DNA of 64,000 nucleotides from contig NC_092680.1 of the NCBI RefSeq assembly GCF_964355755.1, positions 19,477,045 to 19,541,044 of the forward strand, written 5' to 3'. How positions within the stretch are numbered: position 1 is the stretch's first letter; each line of letters starts with the position of its first letter. The stretch is from Antedon mediterranea (taxonomy: Eukaryota; Animalia; Echinodermata). The translations under genes and the position numbers were made by a program. The notes beneath the pieces were generated by a model. That model made no database searches. It was not told where the DNA came from and saw nothing but the letters and a program-made list of their open reading frames with translations. Below are positions 27,420 to 39,200 of this stretch, piece by piece.

Positions 27420-28335
27420 GTCATTGCCATTCCACTCAGAATTGGTCACTCCGCCAGCCATCACCACTCCACCAAGCTATTGCGATTCCAGCCATCGACA
27501 CTCCACCTAGCCATTGCAATTCTAGCCATTGCAATTCCAGCCATTGGCACTCCATCCATGCATCGCTCCTCTACTTACCCCACCTATTGTTGCTCCACAC
27601 AGACATCACTACTCCACCCAGCAATTGCAATTTCAGCCATCGTTTCTCCATCCAGCCACCACCACTCCACCTAGCCATCGCCACTCCAATCAATCATGGC
27701 CATTCCACCTAGCCATTGCCACTCTACCTAGCCATCGCCCCTCCACCCATCCATCGCCACTCTAATCAATCATGGCCATTCCACTTAGCCATCACCATCT
27801 CACCCGTCATTGCCGGTCCACCGAGCCATCTCCACTTCACCTATCTCACCCTTTGCTACTCCACTCAGCCATCACCACTACACCCACTTATCACCACCCC
27901 ACCTACCCCATCCTTTGTCACTCCACCTACTGTACCCCACTCTTTGCCATTCTACCTACTCCACCCTTCGCTACTCCACCTTTCGCTACTCCACCCATCC
28001 TTCACCATTCCACCCTCCAGCCATCACCACTACAGCCATTACCACTACACCGTCCTACTGTACCCCACTCTTTGCCATTCCACCTACTCCACCTTTCACT
28101 ACTCCACCCATCTTTCACCATTCCACCCTCCAGCCATCACCACTCCACCTACTGTACCCAACTTTTCGCCACTCCACCTACCCCACCCTTCGCCACTCCA
28201 CCTACTGTACCCCACTCTTAGCCATTCCACCTACCCCACCCTTTGATACTCCACCATCCTTCACCACTCCACCCAGCTATCACCACTACACCCACCTATG
28301 GCCACTCCACCTACCCCCCCCAGCCATCGCCATTT
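27420..28335. repeat. C/A-rich degenerate minisatellite (ccactccacct / agccatc motifs)
   Basis: Strong strand asymmetry, with few G on the + strand. Reiterated ccactccacc(t/c)a motifs give Pro/His/Thr-rich ORFs in all three + frames. Confidence 0.85.
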
Positions 28336-28943
28336 ATGCATGTAATATGGCATGTTTCTGACCAATGAAAACCTTGTACCATCTTCAGATACTTTAAAAA
28401 CTATCCTATTTTTATTAAACACAAAACATTGAATGTTTTAAAATTCTGAACATGAATTCTACTACAAAGAAATCGGGTAAATATCATGACATTACTGGAT
28501 TCAGAGAAAGTTAATGATTGAAATTTTATTTATTCTGTGACTTAAAGTGCCTTCAGGCTTCCAATAAACTCAGTTTTTTCATTCTTCTTTTATGTTTCAA
28601 ATATCATTACAATCTTGCCCAGGGCATCAAATTACAAAATTAATTCTATTCAGTCTACAAAACCATCAACAAAGTAGGACAATAGAATAAATTTTCAATA
28701 AAATCCAGGTTGAATCCCACGGGTTGAAATCTATATTGAATAAAGTTGGTATTGTTTTTCTACATTTTACATCCAGGGTAACCATACTGTATTATTGATA
28801 TACCTAGTAAAATGTTATCATTTGTCGCTGTTTTTTTTTTTAAAACATCAAAGTGTTCATAGCTTTTAAAAAAATAATTTTTAATATAATTTGGCCCTAT
28901 TTCATCAACCTTGATAGATTGATGTATTGTTTGCTACATAAAG

Positions 28944-29700
28944 AACATTGGCCCTCTTTCCACAAGCTGCGTGGATAGATGCGTTGTGATCTTTACATAA
29001 GGAAGGACTCCTTGCTATGGTTAAACATTGGCCCTCTTTACACAAGCTGCGTGGATAGATGCGTTGTGGTCTTTACATAAGGAAGGACTCCTTGCTATGG
29101 TTAAACATTGGCCCTCTTTCCACAAGCTGCGTGGATAGATGCGTTGTGGTCTTTACATAAGGAAGGACTCCTTGCTATGGTTAAACATTGGCCCTCTTTA
29201 CACAAGCTGCGTGGATAGATGCGTTGTGGTCTTTACATAAGGAAGGACTCCTTGCTATGGTTAAACATTGGCCCTCTTTCCACAAGCTGCGTGGATAGAT
29301 GCGTTGTGGTCTTTACATAAGGAAGGACTCCTTGCTATGGTTAAACATTGGCCCTCTTTACACAAGCTGCGTGGATAGATGCGTTGTGGTCTTTACATAA
29401 GGAAGGACTCCTTGCTATGGTTAAACATTGGCCCTCTTTCCACAAGCTGCGTGGATAGATGCGTTGTGGTCTTTACTTAAGGAAGGACTCCTTGCTATGG
29501 TTAAACATTGGCCCTCTTTACACAAGCTGGATGGATGCGTTGTGGTCCTTACATAAGGAAGGACTCCTTGCTATGGTTAAACATTGGCCCTCTCTTCCCA
29601 AAAGCTGGATGCATGCATTGTGGTCTTTACATAGGACTTTAAATGGTTAATGACCCTCTTTCCACAAGCTGGATGGATTCATGTGGGCTTTACATAAAGT
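28944..29700. repeat. 80-bp tandem repeat, ~9 units
   Basis: Unit cacaagctgcgtggatagatgcgttgtggtctttacataaggaaggactccttgctatggttaaacattggccctcttt(c/a) starts at 28961, 29041, 29121, 29201, 29281, 29361, 29441 and 29521, then decays. Confidence 0.97.
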
Positions 29701-30479
29701 GTGGTTCCCACTAGCAACGCAACGACGTATTGAAGCAATAATATGTAATATTTATCTCCATTTCTGTATGTCCGTAATTGAGCCGAATTTCCGTAGTAAT
29801 TATGGACGCTCCATACTTGAGAGCCATGCTGAATCAGCATGTCAGTCATCCTAAGGGGCAGGGGTGATGGCATTTCATCCAGGTGTTGCTGATTATTTGC
29901 AAGTTGTTTACAACTTGAGTTATGAAAAACCTTAAACATACATTTTTCAACAAGGTGTTTATTTAGTCTTTCTAGACATGTCCATATATTTTTAAAAAAA
30001 ATAATAAACAGTATTTTTGTAGCCTACCATTTTTAGAAATGTACTGAATTAACATAGGCCCTCATAAAGCAGATAAAAGGTCTGGATAGTAAATCAACTG
30101 AACACAATTTACTATCAACTAGAATTAATTTACTGTAAAAGTGTAAGTAATATCATAAAATAACTAGATTTGAACTCTCGGAGTGGCTTTCTAGTTTATT
30201 ATTTATTCACAACTATTAATTATGTTTTATGTTAGTAGTACCTTTAATATATTCTTTCAAAGTTACAATCGTTTATTTTATAATTCCCTAAGCTATTTCA
30301 TCTCTAGCCATCAAAACAATGAATGACCTCTTGACCCCATGTGGAAAATTTCACGTCTTTAGCACGAACTGAAGAAAGGGGGTACCCTCCACTTACATGT
30401 AGGTAAGTCACATGGTGACGTGATATACCTACAAACTGCATTTCACAATACCTTAATAAATAAAATACCTCATGGACTA

Positions 30480-33400
30480 CAGGGCTCGCAGAATCCTAAA
30501 ATATTTGGGAAAAAACGTCGGTGAAAAACGCCTATGCTTAATACACTGTGGTGTTTTTTTCGATGGATTTTAAAGTAGTGAAAACAATTTTTCAATTTTT
30601 TTCAATTACACACTGATGACAGTAATTTATTTTCTCATACGATCCTCCGTACAAGAGTTGCGATTGTTTTAATTAACATGGTGTCCTGAAATCCCTTGAA
30701 AACGCTATGTTATTTCTGTTGGTTACGCTTCGTTGCACGGCATTGTTTGTCATCGATCGAAGATGTGTTCCGTTTCGTGAATGAATTCACGTGGGTTTAC
30801 TTTGGGAGCAAAAACGTTTTGCTTCTATTGTGCAATGAAATTCCGAAATCAAGCTATTTTGCGATATTTAAAATGTAGTGGCCTAGACATGGCACTAATT
30901 ATCTTACAATTATTTAATAGATATATCTAAAATATTGCCTATAGAAATGTAGGCCTCCTAGGCCTAAAAAGTTTAAACAAAGTACTTATGAAGGTGATGA
31001 GCTTGTAACGCGTTGAAATCATAGAGAAGAAAAAAAAACAAACATCAACTGACGTCCGTCTACGTGACGTGAAACAATACGCATGCGTATAGCAAAAAAC
31101 CTCACAGCAGCTGCCGTACGTAGTAGGAGCACATGGGGTATGGTGTGCGGAGAGTGCGGGCTTGTGGAAGTTTACTTGTTGTTTCAGTAGAAGCTCGCAC
31201 AGGTTGGATAAAAACAACCATCTGCTCGCACAAGTTGGTGATTGAAAACAACACAAGGGAACTGTGCCGAATTGTGGTGAAAACCACGTGCTCCGCCAAG
31301 TTGGAGTTTTTGAAAGTTCAACTCTCGGCGGCGATACCCGAAGAAGTGTATTATTTTCAATGTTGATAATAAAAAATATACTGTAACTATTTAAGTATTC
31401 AATGTATTTATTAAATAAATTATTAGGCCTATTAAATTTATATTCTGTAATATTTATAAAAAAAATGGTAGGCCTACTTGCCTGTGTTAAAAACATCGGC
31501 CGCCGCCTATTTGGCACAGACAATTAAAATTACGTATCTATTATAATTTAATAATATACTGTATTTTCAATACAACTGTACATTTGAACAATAATTACAG
31601 TAATTCAGCAAATTATTTATTACACACAAAATACATAACATGAATGTAATTAAACATAGGCCTAATCTACTATCAGGCTGTAGGCCACATAATTAATACT
31701 ACCGTATTTTCCGGAGTATAGGTCGACCCCAAGTATAAATCGACCCCCAACTTTGACCTAGAATATCGTTGATTTTGGTATGACCTGAATATAAGTCGAC
31801 CCCCAAAATCGGCTAATAACACAACTTACTTTAAAGTTCAAAGAAGGCTAGAAATGTATGAAATGTGGTTGTTTGTTTATTACAATTATTAAAGTGTAGG
31901 CCTAATCAATATCGGACGGACGTAATAAATCACAACGGCTTCGCCGCCGTCTTCGCCAGCCTATAATAAATGACAGCGATGTAGCGTTACAGTACTTGCC
32001 ATCAGCGATGTTTTTTCGCGTCACTCGAATAAATTAAAACGAGTTTTTCGTTAGGAGGCTTATTAAATTGTACAGGCGAGTAGTTGTAAATCGCGTTATC
32101 TGTAAATGTACACGCGCCGGACTGAGGAGAATTTATTTTATGAATAGACATGCGCAGTAATTGTAATTACGAACAAACAAACAAACTGCGCATGTGTATA
32201 GATGAAAATATCGCGCAATAACAAACATGCTGCATGGACATTCCAACATCGTGTAGTTCGTTTGTGGTGTGTTACGATGTTTTCGCGAGTGAATACGAAG
32301 AAGCATATGAAACACAAACGAAAACTATTTATTCTTAATTATTTTAATAAAAGCGTATTAAATATAAACATCAAAATTAATCTGTGTTATATAATAATAG
32401 TACTTGTACCAGTACTTGTTGGAGTTGTATTATTTTGTACAATGTAGGTATTATTAAATTGAAAACTCCTGTGAGTGATTGATGATAGGCCACTGACCTT
32501 GCTAGGCCTTGACAGCTGACGGCTTTTGAACGAATTTTTTCGGCTTGATTTTTTTCAAAAATCGCATGGTCGGAGTATAAGTCGACACCCCGATTTTGCA
32601 ATTAAAATTTTCCCACAAAGTCTCGACCTATACTCCGGAAAATACGGTAAGTAGTAGATTCAGATTTTATTACCACCGTAAAATGATGTCGATAATTGAG
32701 AAAAACAAAAACATACTAGCCCCTATTTTATTTGGTTTATAGTATAACTAGGGAGTTGTTAATTAGGGCCTGTTCGTAGGGGTTGAAAATACCAGCTTAT
32801 TCCCGATTTCCGTTCGCGTGGCCCAATTAACTTTTGCCTCAGGCTACAAAAAATTCGAGGTAAAATGTTCACCAAATTTGCAGGTTATTTCAGCGATAAT
32901 CCAATTATACTCGGCCTTCGAGGATAATAAATCTCCAATAGAGGCAATGTGTCAAATTTTGACAAACGTTCGCTGCCTAGGCCCGTCATTTCTCCTACGA
33001 AGCTCTTCCATACACGCTTCGAGAGCGATCGTCAGCTGGTGCTGTCCTTGTTGGTGTAGACCGCTTAGTAGGCCTAGCTGGTCGGGGAGCCGCTGGTCGG
33101 TGGTGTTTCCGTCGTGTAACATTGGGCTCAAATTCTTCGTCAATGAGTAAAATAATGGTCGTCAGGAGAAGGCATATTTCGGCAGGATTATCGGCGTTAA
33201 GAGGCATAAGGTTTGTCGCAAGGATAAGCAGTGTAAAAGGTAGCAAGTAATTGTTATTGTAAAGAAAGATCGCGAGTAAAAAATATACAACACGAAACTA
33301 GCGTGCGAAAATGGGGTCGTTAGGTTGTAAAGACAACTGACCTTAAAACGTAATTTCCGGTTTGTGATTCGTCGATTAAGCATTTAAGCGGTTAAATATT

Positions 33401-33917
33401 TCAAGTACGAACAACGCTCAATTTATAACCCGAGGCATGGGTGAAATTAAGCGCTTATTTTAACCACCGTACGAACACGACCTTAGAAACTCCCTGGTAT
33501 AATAACTTCAAATAAGTTAAAAGCCGAGAGTTCAACGCTTCCTATTTCGCGATCAATGGATGCCGCAAGAGACCGCTTGCTATATGACAGACCTGGAAAC
33601 TCTATACGCAACGACTTGATACGCCCGACTGCATAGAAACACATGTTTTGGCTCCTGGAGATAACGTTCCATACCACCGAATTCCGATCCATACATTTAC
33701 TTAACAAACACTACACTGGTCTCGACGTCAAGAGAATTTGTTCGTGCGCGACTATTATTTTCATTGTTACAGTTTTTCACAACCCCTGTAAAACATCGTG
33801 GACATTTTCGGTGATTTTAAGAGGTTGCCCGTCGGGACATGACATGTTAGATTTTAGTTGCCCGACGTATTTATTTGGTTGCCGCGGGACGTCGGGCAAG
33901 CGATTCTGCGAGCCCTG
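30480..33917. mobile_element. hAT-like non-autonomous element (3.4 kb) with apparent 5-bp TSD
   Basis: Perfect 16-bp TIR CAGGGCTCGCAGAATC...GATTCTGCGAGCCCTG, flanked on both sides by GACTA. Subterminal gttgcccg/cgggcaa repeats and a CpG-rich interior. Confidence 0.75.
31702..32647. mobile_element. Tc1/mariner-superfamily non-autonomous element nested in the hAT-like element
   Basis: TA|CCGTATTTTCCGGAGTATAGGTCGA...TCGACCTATACTCCGGAAAATACGG|TA, with repeated tataagtcgac motifs near both ends. Confidence 0.85.
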
Positions 33918-34995
33918 GACTAGTCCATTGTACGATTTTCTTACTATTATGGGATGTAGAAGAAAAACCCGGTAGGTTGGTTTTTAATTAATATTTTTTC
34001 AGTATTATCACATTAAATATGTAAATGTAAACATATAACAGTCACGTGACCAGACTCAAGCGGCGTATCAATTAAAGGCATTACCGCAAATTGGGTACCG
34101 CAAACTGGTGCACAGTTACCGCCGTTTGGTACATCGGCTGTCCTTAGTATTTAACGAATTATTATTAATTAAGTGGCCATTGTTTATTTGTGTATGTATT
34201 TTAATAAAGGATACATTATTAATAATTGACAATTGTTGTATTCACTTGCAACTATAACACATTTAATGTAATAATGATTTGACCGTTACCTAACCGCAAA
34301 TTGGTACATTTACCCTATACTGTATAATACACACTGTCACTACACTAGGCATAGGCATATATAGATAGGCTAGACTAGTTCTTGTCCATGCTTTTGCTCT
34401 TCATCATATCATACAGAAACAAAACTAGGCCTAGCCCAAGTATTTTGAGGTCATCGGGCCTTCCTACCCTAGCTCATCGACTGTATCCGCTGATTGCTAG
34501 CTAGGCCTAGGCTAGGCTACAATACAGGTAGGCCTAGCTTGTAGGCCAGACTAGCTAGGCCTCCGACAAGCTAGGCATAGCAACGTCTGAGGGCACCATT
34601 GCAGATTAGGTGAAAGTTATATCTACAATTTCGATCTGCACGACGTTTATTCATGTACAAAATAGATAGAAATTAGCTTGCTGCTACTGAGAGCAACAAA
34701 CCCAAAAATGCAATGGCCGCATGGTCATGTACTTGTCATCCACACTCCCTCTTCTTGCGCATGCAGCTAGTGTGTAGTAGCAGCACAGCATGCATGACAA
34801 GGATGAACGCCCTGGCCTGGACGGTATGTTCAAGGCCACAAACGGCGAGAGACGACACGGGTGAAGAGGTAGTACACACCACAGAGAGCAGAGAAGGGTT
34901 GGTTCCAGAACAATTAACTACCTAAATGGGAATAGCATTAATGTCACATGCAGCTACTTTTTAATTTAAATAATAATGAAAGTATGCAAACTTAC

Positions 34996-35113
34996 CAAAA
35001 GAAAGCTAATATATAAGTGTCTTCCGCTCACCGCTGAGGTTAGCAAGCGGACACGGAACGGAGATGAACTAAAAGTAAGACTACTCTCTGTCTAGACTAA
35101 GGTCGTGACGTCA
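34996..35113 (-). promoter_or_regulatory. Candidate promoter / non-coding first exon of the GREB1-like gene
   Basis: Consensus donor TTG|GTAAGT on the minus strand (intron would start at 34995), local CpG enrichment, and a perfect CRE palindrome TGACGTCA at 35106-35113. The GREB1L ATG exon starts with an acceptor, so an upstream exon is required, but linking it to this site is inference. Confidence 0.3.
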
Positions 35114-35930
35114 TGGTACGCGACGGACCATCCTTGTGCATGGAAAAATTATGGACTGGTCCATTTCTACAAAAGAAAATATAATATAGAAATTAAATTT
35201 TACACATTTTCAAAACGACAATGATACAAAACATGGAGAATGAAATACAGTAGTTAAAGATCTAATACCTCGGAAAACATACTGCCGTATATCATTGTAA
35301 AGTTCTTTGGTTTAGAATATGATATTCAAAAAAAATAGATACTGTATTTATTATTATTGAAATAAAAGAATGGATTATTCCAAAGATGAACTTTAATTTA
35401 TGTTTTTAATTAAGCGCAGCTCTTCGACTTCTTTTGGTTCAATACCGTATGACTTTCCAAGCAGATGAATGTATGGTTATGTACATACAGGTACGACTAA
35501 TTGTTTTTGCAAATTCCATATATATAACTACAATCAACCGAGAAGTAGGCCTACGGTACAACTGTTTATATTTATGGATGTTTTGTTCATGTTTAAACTA
35601 CATAGTTATAGGGCGTATATTGATTGATTATCGAGAATGTAATGAATTTATAAATAAACCGATTTTCCCTTACTATTTAATGTCATATGATATTGAATAG
35701 GCCTACACCCTAGAGGAGCCCGTAATTCATATTTGTACAATTCATAAAACAATTACAATAATCACCTACGATAATTATGATAATGTTAACAGTTCAACTA
35801 ACCAGATTCGACTTTAAAGTTTTATGTGCGGTTTTCTCTACTTTAAAAAAGCGGCTTCATGCCTAGGCCTAGCCCGATGGCAGATTAATCCAATTTCGAA
35901 GTTGGTCCTACTAGCCTACTGGTAATATCG

Positions 35931-36240
35931 TTTTGTATGTTAATACACTGTGCTCAAGTGGACCCAATATATATAAAATATAAATAAAGTCACTTTAATT
36001 TCAATATCTTTTCGTATGTCAATACACTGTGCTCAAGTGGACCTAACTTGGCGCCAGAGTGGAGAACAGTGATAGGCCTATAAAATAGAAATAATGTCAC
36101 TGAAGTTTCAATATCTTTTTGTATGTTAATACACTGTGCTCACGTGGACCTAATTTGGAGTCATTTAAGTGTCAATATCGTTTCGTATGTTAATAACACT
36201 GTGCTCCAGTGGATCCAATGTGGCGCCAGTGGTGGAGCAC
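35931..36240. repeat. Four degenerate direct repeats of a ~35-bp motif
   Basis: ttt(t/c)gtatgt(t/c)aatacactgtgctc(a/c)(a/c)gtgga recurs at ~35931, ~36010, ~36117 and ~36181 with variable spacing. Confidence 0.75.
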
Positions 36241-39200
36241 AGCGAAATAGTCACATACAAAAACATCGAGAAAAAATACTTATGGAATTCAAAAATATTT
36301 GATACTGGATATGTTCAATATAGGTTAATCCATCCGTAATGCAAAAGAAAAATTAGTTCCAAGCCATATAAGTGATTTTAATAAGATAAATACTTATTTA
36401 ATGTCCCCGGAAAGTGCACATATTCATTGAAATATGAAATTAAATATTAAGTCTCCAGTACTAGCCCACCATGGTTGGAGCAGAGCTAATAATGAAAATA
36501 GAGCTCAGAATTGCACTTATACTTACACTTATTACTAAAATCACCTATGATAATTATGATAATGTTAAAATTCCAGACGTGACACGACTGCAAAATGTTA
36601 GGTGGGGTTTTCTACATCGTAGGCCTATATGGCTATAAGGCCTATCCCGGCGGCGGAATTAGTCTAAGAAGCTTCGAAATTGGTCTAGAAATCGGCATCT
36701 TTGCAAAGTTTCTAGGAATATATTTGATCTTATTTCACTCTCCATTAACCCCATATAAAAAACCATCGGAGACAAACTATCTGTTTAAAACACGTTTATT
36801 CTGGGACGTACGGTGCGGCCATACACACCAACTACAGTACCATAAACGTTTATTTTTCATAACATATTACAATACAATATCTTGCATGAATCGGACATTT
36901 CGCTACCAATGTAGCAACCTGCACAATTCCATCTTTCCCACTACACCTGCAAAACCATTGTATAACAACGCACCAAACGTTTCGTACACCTGCGATGAAA
37001 AAATAAATTCAATTTATTTTAAAATTGAGGGCGGCAAACATAAAATTTACGAGATCAAATACGGGTTTAAAAAAAATTAAATAAAAAGATGTTATTTAAC
37101 ATTAATTTTGTAAGAAAATTTTAAAATTCTAAAAGTGCATCAACCAAATGGATCAACCGATTCCTGTGTAGTATAGTGGTGAGTGTCTCCGCCTGTCACG
37201 CGAAAGACCGGGGTTCAATTCCCCGCCAGGGAGAGTTTATTTATATATTTTTTGCTACCACATTCGAAATAAAAGAAAATGAATTTTGCAAGAAAATTAA
37301 AAAATTCTTAAAGTGCATCAACCGATTCCTTGGTAGTATAGTGGTGAGTATCTCCGCCTGTCACGCGGAAGACCGGGGTTCAATTCCCCGCCAGGGAGAG
37401 TTTACTTTTATATTTTTTTGCTACCACATTCGAAATAAAAGAAAATGAATTTTCCAAGAACATTTAAAAAGTGTATCAACTACTGATTCCTTGGTAGTAT
37501 AGTGGTGAGTATCTCCGCCTGTCACGCGGAAGACCGGGGTTCAATTCCCCGCCAGGGAGAGTATATTTATATATTTTTTGCTACCATATTCGAGATATAA
37601 GAAAATTTACAATAAAATTTAAAAATTCTAAAAGTGTATCAACTGATTCCTTGGTAGTATAGTGGTGAGTATCTCCGCCTGTCACGCGGAAGACCAGGGT
37701 TCAATTCCCCGCCAGGGAGAGTTTACTTTTATATTTTTTGCTACCACATTCGAAATAAAAGAAAATGAATTTTACAATAAAATTTAAAAATTCTAAAAGT
37801 GTATCAACTGATTCCTTGGTAGTATAGTGGTGAGTATCTCCGCCTGTCACGCGGAAGACCGGGGTTCAATTCCCCGCCAGGGAGAGTTTACTTATATATT
37901 TTTTGCTACCATATTCGAGATATAAGAATATTTCCAATAAAATTTAAAAATTCTAAAAGTGTATCAACCGATTCCTTGGTAGTATAGTGGTGAGTCTCTC
38001 CGCCTGTCACGCGGAAGACCGGGGTTCAATTCCCCGCCAGGGAGAGTTTACTTTTATATTTTTTGCTACCACATTCGAAATAAAAGAAAATGAATTTTCC
38101 AAGAAAATTTAAAAATTCTAAAAGTGTATCAACTGATTCCTTGGTAGTATAGTGGTGAGTATCTCCGCCTGTCACGCGGAAGACCGGTGTTCAATTCACC
38201 GCCAGGGAGAGTTTACTTTTATATGTTTTGCTACCATATTCGAAATAAAAGAAAATGAATTTTACAAAAAAATTTAAAAATTCTAAAAGTGTATCAACTG
38301 ATTCCTTGGTACAGTAGTATAGTGGTGAGTATCTCCGCCTGTCACGCGGAAGACCGGGGTTCAATTCCCCGCCAAGGAGAGTTTACTTTTATATGTTTTG
38401 CTACCATATTCGAAATAAAAGAAAATGAATTTTGCAAGAAAATTTAAAAATTCTTAAAGTGTATCAACTGATTCCTTGGTAGTATAGTGGTGAGTATCTC
38501 CGCCTGTCACGCGGAAGACCGGGGTTCAATTCCCCGCCAGGGAGAGTTTTCTTTTAAATATTTTGCTACCACATTCGAAATAAAAGAAAATGAATTTTAC
38601 AAGAAAATTTAAAAATTCTAAAAGTGTATGAACTGATTCCTTGGTAGTATAGTGGTGAGTATCTCCGCCTGTCACGCGGAAGACCGGGGTTCAATTCCCC
38701 GCCAAGGAGAGTTTACTTTTATATGTTTTGCTACCATATTCGAAATAAAAGAAAATGAATTTTGCAAGAAAATTTAAAAATTCTAAAAGTGTATCAACTG
38801 ATTCCTTGGTAGTATAGTGGTGAGTATCTCCGCCTGTCACGCGGAAGACCGGGGTTCAATTCCCCGCCAGGGAGAGTTTTCTTTTAAATATTTTGCTACC
38901 ACATTCGAAATAAAAGAAAATGAATTTTACAAGAAAATTTAAAAATTCTAAAAGTGTATCAACTGATTCCTTGGTACAGTAGTATAGTGGTGAGTATCTC
39001 CGCCTGTCACGCGGAAGACCGGGGTTCAATTCCCCGCCAAGGAGAGTTTACTTTTATATGTTTTGCTACCATATTCGAAATAAAAGAAAATGAATTTTGC
39101 AAGAAAATTTAAAAATTCTAAAAGTGTATCATCCGATTCCTTGGTAGTATAGTGGTGAGTATCTCCGCCTGTCACGCGGAAGACCGGGGTTCAATTCCCC

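Noticed and set aside
27354-28361. Pro/His/Thr-rich extensin- or mucin-like ORFs
   Set aside because: Open in all three + frames because the C/A-rich repeat rarely forms stop codons; no convincing splice or start context.
28944-29700. CRISPR array or coding repeat (ORF 29459-29650)
   Set aside because: Contiguous 80-bp units with no unique spacers; the period is not a multiple of 3.
31100-31370. Possible decayed zinc-finger of a hAT transposase (YVVGAHGVWCAE...)
   Set aside because: Needs a frameshift, the resemblance is too weak, and no catalytic or dimerisation domain is visible; a translated search would be needed.
36595-37448. ORFs 36595-37080 and 37176-37448
   Set aside because: The first has no recognisable homology and overlaps a local duplication; the second is a translation of tRNA units.
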